From NCBI RefSeq assembly GCF_006345805.1, contig NC_043017.1, positions 16,740,001 to 16,804,000 on the forward strand: a stretch of DNA of 64,000 nt, in the 5' to 3' direction. The position numbers and the translations under genes are program-made. Of the stretch, positions 12,716-25,798 are shown piece by piece. Origin of the DNA: Octopus sinensis. Taxonomy: Eukaryota. The notes below the pieces were generated by a model. That model did no database searches. It saw only the letters and a list, made by a program, of their open reading frames with translations, and was not told the DNA's origin. How positions within the stretch are numbered: the first letter of the stretch is position 1; every line of letters begins with the position of its first letter.

Positions 12716-12896
12716 CTGCTTTCTTTCTAATTCCAACCGATCAGCTTCTTCCTTCTTGCGTTGCTCTTCAGCTTCGATGGCCTTACGAAGCCTTTCTTCC
12801 TCAGCCAACCTACCTTCGGCTGCAAGGCGTATGGATTCTTCTTCCATACGACGCTGCTCCTCCTCCTCTAAACGAATTCTCTCCTCTTCTTGACGC
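12716..12896 (-). CDS. MAP7: MAP7-domain coiled-coil exon
   Basis: Acceptor ttgttccag|G, donor CAG|gtaaat; 181 nt, phase 2->0; RQEEERIRLEEEEQRRMEEESIRLAAEGRLAEEERLRKAIEAEEQRKKEEADRLELERKQ. Confidence 0.92.
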
Positions 12897-13591
12897 CTGG
12901 AACAAAATAACAATCGTAAAACCTTTATTCCATACAAATTATACTCATACATATTCCTATTGTTCTTTCAATATGCCAAAGAAAAATTTTAGTGACAATT
13001 GAATTAAAACTATACTTTAAGCTGGATGATCCAGTACAGCACAGCTATAAAACAGGTACATGGAGACAACAGTTTCCAACTAAAAGCAAAGAAATGTAGT
13101 GAAGATTGATTAAAAGTCTGAGGGTCACAGATCTTAAACCATGGAACAATTTACCAGCTGGAATAATTTGTGTGTGCTTGCTATCATTAGTGTCATGCTG
13201 TATGCTTGGTAAATACCTTTCAACGGTCAAATACTTCTTACTGTAAAAAAGGTACCATAGAACTGAGACAGTAATGAGAAACTTCTTGAATATCATTTCT
13301 TGATCTTCCTCATTAAGTCTCTAATAAATCTAAATGACCCTGTGCCAGTGGCACGTAAAAAACATCTACTACACTCACGGAATGGTTGGCGTTAGGAAGG
13401 GCATCCAGCTGTAGAAACACTGCCAGATCAGACTGGAGCTTGGTGCAGCCTCCTGGCTTCCCAGACCCCAGTCGAACCGTCCAACCCATGCTAGCATGGA
13501 TAACGGACGTTAAATGATGATGATGATGATGACTATGGGATACAACTGACTTAATTACACAATTATGGAGAGAAGCAAATTCATAACACAC

Positions 13592-13800
13592 CTGAGTTCC
13601 TCTTGTCTTTGCCGCTCTAACTCTGCTTCCCTTTCAGCCTTTTCTCTTGCCTGGCGCCGTTTCTCAGCAAGTTTAATCTTATACTCCTCTTCAGTAATAT
13701 CTTGGGTTGAGCGTGTCATTTGGTCTTCAGGAGCTGATGGAGTTGGAGTACCTTCACGATTAGGGGACTCACGTGGCCCTTTGTCTTTGGTAGATTTGGG
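13592..13800 (-). CDS. MAP7: MAP7-like exon, start of C-terminal MAP7 domain
   Basis: Acceptor cacttcag|CCC, donor AG|gtgtgt; 209 nt, phase 0->2; PKSTKDKGPRESPNREGTPTP...ITEEEYKIKLAEKRRQAREKAEREAELERQRQEELR; LAEKRRQARE is a MAP7 hallmark. Confidence 0.92.
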
Positions 13801-15265
13801 CTGAAGTGAAATGGGAAAGTTGATGAAAGGGTCATGAAGGGAATGGTTGATATATAACATATGAACACAGTGGGAAATTGCTGAGTCAATGAATGGATGC
13901 AAACCAAGGAAGATTTGGAAAAGACAGACTCAAGGATATTTAGATTCACAGATCAAATTATACAAGAATATAAAATAGGAAATTGTACTCCGCAGTAAAC
14001 TTAGCTCATACCAGTATGAAAAATGGCAATGATGATAATGAAAAGGGAAGTAAAATAAAAGATTTAAGAATAAAGTATCTAATTAAAATTAGGAACCACT
14101 CAACTTCAACCTATATATTACAACTAATTAATTAAAGGTATGGATCACTGACCTGTCTATCAAACCTCATATGTGACTTGACAGAAGGGAAAAAAAAAAC
14201 TATCAAATATTACAAAAATTGAAATAGCTCTAACATTAAAGAAAATGATGTAGATGAGAAGGAAGATGCAAATCATTATGAAACAAGAAAGCATTTAATA
14301 ATACCCTACAGTAAAGGTGGGAAAGGTAACCACTTTAGGGTAAGGATAGTCTTTCTGGTCACCTATCAGTTCTGACTGTAGAACATGGAGTTGAGATCAT
14401 AGCTGTAATCATGCGTTTATGAACATCATAAGCTTAATTATTTTGCCAGACACCCTGACAACCTCGATTACAGTATCTATTCCTTTCTCTCCCAACAGTA
14501 TATCCACTCCATCCACTTCTGAGCTATTAATCACCAAAATGAACTCCTGTTTCTTGCAAGTGGGGAGTCTAACCAAGGATCTAACCATCTCACCTCACGT
14601 ACACAAGGTATATTGAGTCATCTCTCTAACATTTTCTGATCTTCTCTTCATTAGGCCAACATCAATGGTGGTAGCCCTGAAGTCCTGAGCTTCAAAGGAA
14701 AAGAGTTGCTAGGCACACACCAAGTGAACTTGACGACATGCCCACCACTAACAAAACAAGTCTCAGTCCCACTGATGCATTTGGTGGTTTTCATTGATGT
14801 TTGGCACCATTTTGACAGCTGAATGCCCTTCAGTTACCAATCAGCTGACAATATGCATTGAGTACATTTTAGCATGCGGTCAGTACCAGAGACAGTATTG
14901 AAGAGAACTGAATTTTCACTTGAACTTTTCGTTTCCAATGTCACTGTATTTCCAAACAGGTTGCCTTTGTTGCTTCTTCTGAGTGCTACACTCGTATGGG
15001 ACTAGGGAAGAGGCCTTTTCCATACTGCTGGGTTTTGCAATTTAGAGTGGTATTCACGAGACATGATGGATGTGATGCAACAACATCTGTGTTTATGCAG
15101 CATCATTTAGCCATGTAAACTGTGTCTTGGCTAAGAATAAACCCAGTGGGAAATCTAACTTTTTGATTCCCTGTAACTCTGATACATGTGACCAACAGTT
15201 CAGTTTAGATGAAAGTGGCATTAAAAAAACCAATAAAAACACAAAGCAATTAATGTGAACTGTAC

Positions 15266-15325
15266 CTTTCTTGGAGTAGGAGTTGTAGTTCCTGAATTAG
15301 GGGCTGAGGATTTCTTCTCAGTTGA
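15266..15325 (-). CDS. MAP7: MAP7-like 60-nt exon (not in ORF track)
   Basis: Acceptor gatttttcag|TCA, donor AAG|gtacag; phase 0->0; STEKKSSAPNSGTTTPTPRK. Confidence 0.8.
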
Positions 15326-17674
15326 CTGAAAAATCAATCAGAAAAATGAGTCAGTAGACAGATTACATATATTTTCCACTTTGCAGGGCTGGCAAAATAA
15401 ATAACAGTAAAGCACAAGAATATTTCTTTCTAAACAATTTGACTGTAACTGGATAAAATTCCACTGCTGAAGCTAAAGATCTTGCCAACAAATTAATGGA
15501 AGTGTAGAACATCCAAACAACAGCAGCAGACACAAAATGCAGAACCACTACCAGGAGAAAGAGAAGCTGTTCAATATTGGGCCAAAGTTGCCAGACTTAA
15601 AACTAGAAGTTCTCAACCACCAACCAAGACCCTTCTCAACCTGCCATGAACACAGATCAGAGATCACTCTCTAAAGATCTTTGCAAAATATTACACAAAT
15701 TTTAGACACAAAATGAAGCCTTATAAATATTTAGGAAATGACAGAAATGATAATTCACTGATATTTCTTGTGTCAGCATCTTGTCATGATGTAATTACTG
15801 GAACACTCATAGATTTAACATCTCCAAAAGTTAAAAAACAAAATTATATATAAAAAAAAAAAGATGAAATATTTCCTTATCAAAAATGATAATGATACTA
15901 CTGTGCATCATTCCCTGACCGAAAGTATCTACCAATTCAAACATACAGTTTGACATTCCATGTTTGGTAGATATTCAATATGTAGGCACATTCGCAGTCA
16001 CACTTTTTTTTACCTTATGGTTGATTATAAACAGTTGGGACTGTGTTAGGAAATAAGAGATTTCTTCAGCCATAGCAGTCATTCTATTTCAATGGTGTCA
16101 ACTTATCTGCTGTACCTACCAACAACTGGATTAGGAAACATTCAAGAAAACCAGCTGGGTCTGCCTGAAACAATGTCAGAATATTGTGACAGGCACCAAG
16201 CAGAAAGCTTCATCATGCCAACTTCATTGTGTAGAATATTCTCAACCCTCTCGCAGGATATGCTAATAGCATCGGCTCTTTGATTTATAGTCATTGCCTG
16301 TCATCGAACACCATGTGGTAAACATGGTCAAGGTCTTCCTCAGTTGCAAGACATCCAGATGGTGGGTCATCTTCAACACTCGCTTCCTCTCCTAAATTCA
16401 GCTGCCCGCTTTTGCTCTGTTAATAAAACTGGAGCCCGTCTATGAACTTTTCATCCCACTCTCGCATCAAGGTTCTTGATGCCAGGTTTATCCCAGCTCT
16501 AAACATCAACAATACCTCCACTGCTACTATAATTATTATCGTCAGTCTCCATCATCATCACTACTGTCCCATCACCGAATTTATTCACCTGATTGGCGTT
16601 AGGAAGGGCATCCAGCCGTAGAAACACTGCCAGATTTGACTGGGCTTGATGAAGCCTTCTGGCTTCACAGACCCCAGTAGAACCGTCCAACCCATGCTAG
16701 CATGGAAAACGGACGCTAAACGATGATGATGATGATGAGAGGAAGTAGAAAAGCAGTGAACGAAAAGGAAAAAATAACCAAATAACTGAAACCAGCTGCT
16801 TTTCGTAATTTTCCCTTTTCTAATTTTAAATTTGAAAACGACACACTTTTTTGTTGTTCCTAATAGATTGCATTAATTAATCTCAGCACAAATGAATAGA
16901 GATAAATACAGAGAAACACCAGCCAAAAGGATTAGTCTGGCTATTTTATGCTAATCTTATAAGCTACTTTAGTGTTAATGTTACATCAGCCAAATGACAA
17001 GAAATTCAGAAAAAGATACCCTATTAAAACAATCCACACACCCAAGCCATCACAACATTCTATATTAAAAGATAAAAATCCGTTGTTGCATAAGAGTTCT
17101 TTATTTCTGATTCAAGAATGCAAAGTAGATCTGCTCAAGACAGTAGTTGTTAGTGTGGTTTAGTTCCAAGGTCTCTCTGATCGAGCAGAGAGCTATGATC
17201 AAAGACATTCCTGTTATGACCATCCTATCTTTTCCCCATGTGCAGGGAACTGAAAACCTCGTTATCCAATGTGTCCTTTCTAAGACATCATCTAACGATG
17301 ACATACTGGCATAATATAAGATAATTTTCTCCAGACCTCAACTCCACTAGCTTCAATGAATGACTTGATAGTTTGAAAGGTGAATTAGTCGTTAAGGATA
17401 GAATTACTTAATGTGATTATTGCAAATAATTTGCAATCACTGCATAGTAACATGGCACAGATGATACCAAGATACTATTGCACAGACTGTTTTACTTTGG
17501 TATAGCAACCTGCAGAAAGACAAAGTGGCCAATTCAAAGATGATTTGAAAGGAGAAATATTAGTGTTAGAAAATACAAGGATGCCACAATGTGAGGCCAG
17601 CTTTATGGCAAACAAAGCGAGTGGTGTCCTCAACAAGGGTATTGAATTTTTATGCAGGTTATGAAAGCACTTAA

Positions 17675-17895
17675 CCCTTTAGCATTTAAACCGGCCATAT
17701 CTGGCCAAAAGTATTCTGCCTGTTTTATGTTCAAACTGGCCATATCTGGTCTCTCACACCAACCCTACAATATCATTTTAAAAATTAACAGTTATCTCAT
17801 CAAAATCTCATAGCTACAAGATAATGCATGATTAATTCAAAACAATGTGGATGAAAAAAAATTAATTTTGGCAGAATAATGTGACCACTAAAGGG
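17675..17895. mobile_element. piggyBac-type MITE
   Basis: TTAA|CCCTTTAG ... CTAAAGGG|TTAA; related decayed copy in opposite orientation at ~27085-27222. Confidence 0.85.
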
Positions 17896-18134
17896 TTAAA
17901 ATTGCTTTTGGCTGTGTTAAGAACATCCCATTTGGTAGAAGAGGGTTTCAGCCACACCAGTCTCTTGCTGTCTCAAAGTAGAAACAGGCTGAATATACCA
18001 TGGTAAGGTGACTGATTTGAAACCCAATATCTCTGTATTGGTGTTGTTAAACCAACCACAGATATCTAAAGAATCTTGTAACATGACAACTTCTCATATT
18101 TATTGTATTATTTTGGTATAGGAATGTTAATTAT

Positions 18135-18358
18135 GAGCTGGCAGAAATGTTAGCATGCCGGGTGAAATGCGTAGCCGTATTTCATTTGCCATTACGTTCT
18201 GAGTTCAAATTCCACCAAGGTTGACTTTGCCTTTCATCCTTTCGGGGTCAATAAATTAAGTACCAGTTATGCACTGGGGCCGATGTAATTGACTTAGTCC
18301 GTTTGTCTGTCCTTGTTTGTCCCCTCTGTGTTTAGCCCCTTGTGGGTAGTAAAGAAAT
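18135..18358 (+). mobile_element. SINE family D
   Basis: gagctggcagaaa...ctgagttcaaattcc...ctttcatcctttcggggtc...ccccttgtgggtagtaaagaaata; fragments at 32757-32830 and 43700-43770 (-). Confidence 0.8.
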
Positions 18359-18623
18359 AACTTTGAATGTATTTTTCTATTTCTATATCTTGTCATTCTT
18401 TTAGTCAGAAGATGAAAGGCAACAAATTATATGATACATTTATATTAATGGCCAATTTATGAGTGTCTGTCCTTGTTTGTCCCCTCTGTGTTTAGCCCCT
18501 TGTGGTAGTAAAGAAATAACTTTGAATGTATTTTTCTATTTCTATATCTTGTCATTCTTTTAGTCAGAAGATGAAAGGCAACAAATTATATGATACATTT
18601 ATATTTAATGGCCAATTTATGAG
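18305..18623. repeat. ~159-bp direct tandem duplication
   Basis: gtctgtccttgtttgtcccc...ggccaatttatgag occurs twice, differing only by 1-nt homopolymer indels. Confidence 0.9.
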
Positions 18624-19507
18624 GCAGAAAGTGCTTTTTCGATCAATTTGTTTGAAAATGAAAGATAACATAAAATAGCCAATTTGTTTTTGTCTTTTTT
18701 GATTCATAAAATAAAAGATAACAAAAATTATAAGATACATTATGTATATGCGATAATAATGTGTTATAGAGAAAATTAATTAGATCAGAGAGTGAGTACT
18801 GGTCCATTTATCATCAAAGAAACTCTTACACATATACAGTGAACAAATTATCTGAAGTGCCTCTCATTGATCTGCATTTAGTGAAACAGAAAAAGAAAAA
18901 AAATGGAACTAGATACAACAAAAGTACATTAAAAAAAGCGAATTAAAACAACAAACTAACCACCAAGTATGAAACTAATGTGCAGAATGTGATATTCAAT
19001 AAATATACCAAAACAAAAAAAAAAAAATACCTAAATTGTTTTATAAGAAATAATTTTTTGGCAGACTTTTGGATATTTTCTAAGCAGATGGGTGATGGAA
19101 ATAGTTTCTGTGAGAGTGAGTGGTGATGCCAAAAGTGTTTGAGAACCCCTGGTTTAGATGGTCCCTAATGAGGATGAACTAACAAACCACACATAAATGT
19201 AAAACATTGGTTCAGCAATTGAATTCCTGATTTCTTTACACACCACCATATAAATCCCCCCCCCCGGTTCATAAGATGCATCCTGTCCTCCCCACCCTTT
19301 ATATAGAGCATTCTTCATTCAGTATTTGACTCGCTATAACTCATGGGTTGTCTTTATCAATACTGCTTTGCTGAAATTCTCCTCAAAGATGACTCAAGCA
19401 GATATAAAGCATCCACTCAACTTTAAACAACAATAGCAACCCCAGTAGCCATAATAAAATCAGAATGCTTTGAAAACAATGTAGAAAGCTGAATGTTGTG
19501 TACTTAC

Positions 19508-19656
19508 TTTGGGGGGTGTGTCTGTAGGTTTCTTGGGTGTAGACAATCGATCGAAAATGGCCTTCCTACTATTTTTCGACTGAGTAGATGCGGTTGAGCT
19601 AACAGACTTGTCAGACTTTGCAGAGTCAATTGTAGAAGATCGATTCCGAAGTTTAT
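19508..19656 (-). CDS. MAP7: MAP7-like exon with FDRLSTP motif
   Basis: Acceptor gtttag|AT, donor AAA|gtaagt; 149 nt, phase 1->0; DKLRNRSSTIDSAKSDKSVSSTASTQSKNSRKAIFDRLSTPKKPTDTPPK. Confidence 0.85.
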
Positions 19657-21403
19657 CTAAACATGGTAAAAGAGAAATAATAATAGTCAAGACAGAGATT
19701 TATATTTTGTTTCATTCCAAATCAAAGAGAACATGCAAACAGCGTTACCTAAACTAATCCTGAAACCCCAAAACCAACCATAAAAGACGCATGCACACAC
19801 ACACACACACAATACATATATACTTTTTTTAAAATTATTTTCCAAGTCAACCAACAGAAGTTAGACTGGAGCACTGTGATATGCCATTGCTTGGAAGTTC
19901 ATTAATTGGCTTAAACAATCACAACTGAAGCCATGCTGGAGCAGTGTTTGCATTTTATTCTTATTTTCTTAGTAAAAGTTTGTATCAATATTGTAAGTTA
20001 AAAACATGCGGAATGACAACCTTCAGTGCTGTTTGTACTGCTGTGCATATTGGGGTTCAATTTCATCCCTCCTCAAAGAGACTAGGCCAAGGGGGAAATG
20101 TTACCTCCAAACAACATTTCAAGTGAAAACAGAGAAATGAATCAGATAAGTTAAGCCTCTACATTTATAATAAAACTCAACCGATTTAATGAAAGGGGCA
20201 AGAAGAAATTTCAATTGAATAGCAAACGTTTCTAATCTGATTAGCTTTATCACCATTGAGAAAAAAGTAGTATGTAGATTATCATCACCATTACTGTTGA
20301 CAACACAACTGTTACCAAATTTTCTATTGGGCATTTTCTGCACTGTGTTGGCTGTGATGTTGTTTCCAAACAAGTCTCCCTCAAAATACCACCTAAAAAG
20401 TGGGGACAGTCTATATTAGGCACAGAATTATTGATTTTCTTAATAGCATTTCAAGAAATTCAATAATCCGCAGCTCAGAGTACTACTAACGTCCTCTGTC
20501 GACTGACTGATGCCCAAAGATGTGGGCCAAGAGCACCTGCATTTTCAATGGGATTAAGATATTAGCTCCAAGCTAGGTGCCCTTTCCCAGAGTTTTAATG
20601 ACTCATCACTGTCGTAATCATCATCTCCATCCTTTAATTTAATGTCTGTTTCGTAAAGCTGTCATTGCATGCTTGTCATACAACAGCCACCTACATGTTT
20701 CGATGCTGCCCTACCCCCTCTCTCGAGCCGACTACATTTTCATAAGTTACAAGAAGTAAAATAACAGTCAGTACATACTGCAACCATTATTATAATCTCT
20801 GCTAATGGTAGCAAAAATAGGCATCATCATCATCATCATCATCATCACTATCATTATTTTTCAAGTTTGCTTTCCATGCTGAAATGTATTAGGCAGGTCA
20901 CAAACCAGAGTCGTTTCTTATTAGAAGCCACTGCTCTCATAGAACTGGTGTTCGTACATGGCATTTTGGCTTGGCTTCGAAAGGTTGGATGCTCTGGCTT
21001 ATGCCAACCACTTTACACTGTACTGGCTGTACTTTCTTGTGGCACCAGCATCAAAGAGGTTGTCAAGTCCTTGTTGAGACAAGACTAAAAGTACCTCTCA
21101 ACCCTACATCTTCTCTACTCATTTGCCATCCATTTTATAATGTGTACTGGTTAAGGCGAAACCAAAGTGACCCCTCAACCCTACTTTTTCTCTGTTCCGT
21201 CATCATTGACAATGACATCAGCATGGAAGGCAAGATGCCTTGCACACTGTAAATGTAGAGAGTAAGGAGTGGGAAAATGAGAGAGAGATGATGACAGAAA
21301 GATGAGAATGACTGGACGGAGGGAGCAAGAGTATAGTGATAAGGAGAGGGCTGTTGGGGTGAAGACAAGAAGAAAGTGATGGACAAAAAGTAGCCCAAAG
21401 GAG

Positions 21404-21443
<40 letters not shown>

Positions 21444-24049
21444 TGGTTGATAGTAGAGAAAGGGTGAAGCGAAAATGTAATGGATCGAGACGGGCTGATG
21501 CGGATGGCCTCGAGAAGGGCGATGAGGATAGTAGTAGTAGTAGGAGGAGGAGGAGGAGGAAGAAGAAAGATGGAAGGATATGAGTGACAAAGATGAGTGG
21601 AGGAGGGAGGAGACCAAGGATGTGAAGGGTAGCAGTAAACGTAACCTTGGTAGGATACGAATATACACACACATACATATGCATGTATACTCACACACAT
21701 ACATGAAAACATATCACTAACCTCATTTCAATATAAGTTTGTTTGGCTTTTTGTGTGGCTGCATCTTCTGCAGTACTGTGTATTGCCAATCAATACCATC
21801 CTTTGGCATCTCTGTGAGATGCAGCAGCTTCAAGTCAACCTTCACCACTTTGTTTAGACTCCCCTTTTCACAGATCCCATTCACTTGGAATACACAGCAC
21901 TTACTAATACAGCCACCATCCCACCATATTCATCACATGCCAACACCAAAGCAGCCTTCTCTTTGGCACATTATATACAATTCCCCTTATATTGGATTTC
22001 CTCTCAGCTTATTTATATTCTAGCATTTTACAGGCCCATTAGAGTAAGTTTGTTTCATTTCTTTCTAGCTTCTGCAAGTCTTCTAAACCCAAGGCCTACA
22101 TCTCCCAGCCATGCAGCATTGCAGTTTGAACACAGGCAATGTACAATATGCCCCTTGCTCTGAAGAAGAAGAAGACTGTTTAACAAAGATGGGTTGGTAT
22201 CCAGGAGTATTTGAGTCTGCCTGGTTAAGATAGAAGGGAATGATTTTGGTTGTTGGGTTTAGTGTTCAGAAATACAGTTGCTGTATTTAGAAGTTTGTCA
22301 GCAATGGAACATCTAGTTGAAGATCCGATCTATGTGCGATGGAAGAAGTTTTAACCATGAACTATACATGCTTAAGATGTTTGTATATCTGTGTGAGTAG
22401 CCCACAGCTGTGGCTATTTCATACATTATTTAACTGACGTGTAGATGAACCTGGTCAACTTAACAAAATCCAAAAGACATACAGTCTATATTCTTTCTCT
22501 CTTGTGTTTAACATTAAAACCTGTTTATAGGATATCTCTCATCATTAATTCAGCAAGTTCCCAACACTGAAATGACTAAGACAGAGATGAAAAGCAGCCA
22601 GGCTCCGTCTATCTCTTTCCTCAATCATTTCTTTCAAAATTGCTACCTATGAGCAAATCCCAATTGATTTATGTCCAATATCTGCTCATAGCCATCTCTG
22701 GCCTTAGTTTTCCACTATCTTCCCTTAAATCCTCTTGGTCAACTTCTCAGAATATATTGTACATTCAAAGTATTGATGTTATTTCCCTCACAAAAACAAA
22801 ATGTTCTGATCTGTTTTTACATTTCTATTTTTTATGTATAAACCAATGCCCTAGTGTTATCTATCTTATATAAACAAACCAGTGCTCTGGTGTTGTCTCT
22901 CCTACATCTAGAAACCAATGTTTTTGACACACAGCAGTAAATAAATTTATCCAGCCAAACCGATTTGCTGAGAATCCCAAAATAAAACCCCACACATAGA
23001 AACAAACATTGAAAAAAATTACACATCAATTTTTATGGTAAGTAAAATATCATATTATATCATGTCATAACAAATATCAATGCATATAAAATGTGAATTA
23101 CTGTGTTGGTAACCACAACAGGCTGCAAAAGACAACAACAACAAACATGGTAGACATGAAATCAACTCATGCTAGAAAAATGTAAAACATGGAACATGTG
23201 AATGCTGAATATGGATTCCAACTTGATTAGTTTTGAAAACATTACAAATACAAACATTTCATCAGATCTTGACACACAAACACAATGTAAATATTTTCAC
23301 CAATGTTTTTATGTAATAATTACCAAAGCAAAAACTGAAATAAATAAAACAGAATAGATGGGAATTTGATATCATCTATTCTTTGTTTATGAATAACAAG
23401 TAACATGGTATGGTAAATTGACACCAAAAAATGTTAATAATATGCATCAAGGGTTTCGTTTTAAGAGAATTTTCAATGGATGGTCAATTCAATACAAGTT
23501 TAAGATTTTAAAAAAAGTATTGTTGAGATTCCAGTGTTCACATGCTTTGATGGTAACTGAAAAATACAACAAGTGCATTTGTGCTTGCTTCCACACTGAC
23601 AAACTGTCCCATCAACAAGCATGACATAGCATTGAGCAAGAGAGGCTTTCTGACTGAGGTCTACAAAACTCTACAGGTAACAGAACAAGGCAAACATCGA
23701 GCGTATGGATAGAAGAGAGTAACAGAAGTAGAGGAAAGAGTGTAAAGATCATGCCACTGCCTTCAAGTGATGGAAGTATCAGCTATAGCAAGAGAGAGAG
23801 CATAATTGGACAGTTATTCAGACAAACAGCATGCTTCTGTATACGTGCCAGTGCATCACGTAAGTGGTGAAAGGGAGAACAAAAACCCGGCAGCCGTTAA
23901 GAACTTTGCTGCAAAGTAACCAAGTCATACATAGACATCTCCCTTTCTTTGTCTATGTATGTGTGGTATATATAATGAATATATAATGATAATGATAATG
24001 ATGGTGTGTGTGTGTGTGTGTGTGTGCATGTGTGTGGTTTGTGGTTCAG

Positions 24050-24478
24050 TCTCACAGTATAGCACTACTATATGGCTCAGAAACCTGGACGTTATCAAAG
24101 AAGCTTGAGAGGCGGTTGGATGGAACTTACACTTGCCTCCTTATGAGAGCTCAAAATCTCTCGTGGAAGCATCATCCAACCAAAATGCAAACATATAAAA
24201 AACTACCACCTGTGTCATCTCTTGTGAAAGGTAGGAGAGTCCAGTTTGCTGGACATTGTTGTAGAGCTGAAAACGAGGTAAATTTCTACTCTTCTCCTCT
24301 GGAAGCCATCTACTCGCGATACCAGAGGGCGCACACTCTCCTACCCTGATGTAATCTCCAGGGATACAGGCACCCAGCAACGGGACCTCCGTAATGCTAT
24401 GATGGACCGTGAAGTCTGGCGTAGCATGGTAAATTCCATTGTCTTGACCACGGTGGAACAATGATGATGATGATGATG
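24050..24478 (+). mobile_element. RTE-clade LINE 3' fragment
   Basis: LLYGSETWTLSKKLERRLDG...RVQFAGHCCR; ends in an (ATG)n tail. Confidence 0.85.
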
Positions 24479-24999
24479 GCACTTTGGGCAAGTGCTCTCA
24501 ACTATAGCCCCAGGTCAACCAATACCTCATGAGTGAATCTGGCTGATAGGAACTGAACACAGACTATCATACACACACATATATACAATGCATACATACA
24601 CATACCTATAACTATATGCACACAATATATACAGACACACACATACATGTAAAATGTATACATACATACATACATACATACACATACCTATAATTATATA
24701 CATGCATACATGTCTACACATTGTTATATGCACATGTGATTGTGCAACTGTTAACGTTTGTAGGTCTTCAAAAATTGCTGAGCGATGGGTAGCGATGCCC
24801 TGTCACTTCCCTGACTGCCCTTTTGAAGACACATGAAATACAGCATCCCTTGACTTGTAAAACAAGAAGGGTTAGTGACAAGAAGGGCATCTAGCTGTAA
24901 AAACAAGGCCCCATTGTCCAACTGGCATGGGAAAACAGGTATGAAAATAAATATATCATATATTTCAGCATGCCTTGACTGTTTAATTCAGACTCACTT

Positions 25000-25140
25000 T
25001 TTCTCGCTCCTCGTCTGTCCCTTCCGTAGAAGAGCATAAGCTCGAAATGTTAAGGAATCCTTCCATTTTTCCTGAGCACAAAACTAATTCACCCTGTCTG
25101 TTGTTCTTTCATTCATCTTTGTGTTGTTTTTTATTTTATT
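25000..25140 (+). mobile_element. Penelope-type terminal fragment with degenerate hammerhead
   Basis: CCUU-CCGUAGA-A-GAGC-AUAA-GCUC-GAAAU-GUU-AAGG at 25020-25055; same layout as the other motifs, with core substitutions. Confidence 0.5.
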
Positions 25141-25160
25141 TTTGAACCACACACATATTT

Positions 25161-25229
<69 letters not shown>

Positions 25230-25798
25230 CAGACTGGTGCCTGGTGCAGCCTCCTGGCTTTCCAGACCCCAGTCGAACCGTCCAACCCATGCTAGCATGG
25301 AAAACGGACGTTAAATGATGATGATGATGAAGATATATATATATATGTATGTATATATGTCTGTGTATATATATATATATAATGAGAGAGAGAAAGAGGC
25401 ATAGTATACCATGTTTAACGTAGAAAATTATGAAGATAAACTGCAGGTAATTTTGAAATACCTATAACTAAGTTTAGGTTTATTTCACACAAATTTTAAT
25501 ACAATCTTTTATATATTTTCTTAAGCCTTTTCTACACCTGCAAGTCTACATTTAAATCTGAAAAATCAGGACGTATCAGTTTGAGGTCATATATGGTAGT
25601 GAATGTGTGAATGGAGATAGATTATTAAGACAAAATTTTCAATGCATAATATCATTTCAAGAAAATTTTCATACCAGTTTTGGATGTATTCTGACAGATT
25701 TAATCTTAACAGGAGCAGAATATACTAGAAATATTTCTCACTAAACCTTCAAGTTAAATAAAAGCAATAAAAATAGAGTTTATTTATTTATTTATTAA

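Noticed and set aside
21135-21712. Three long overlapping minus-strand ORFs (164-189 aa)
   Set aside because: Produced by purine-rich low-complexity and microsatellite sequence; no splice-phase fit or protein-like composition.
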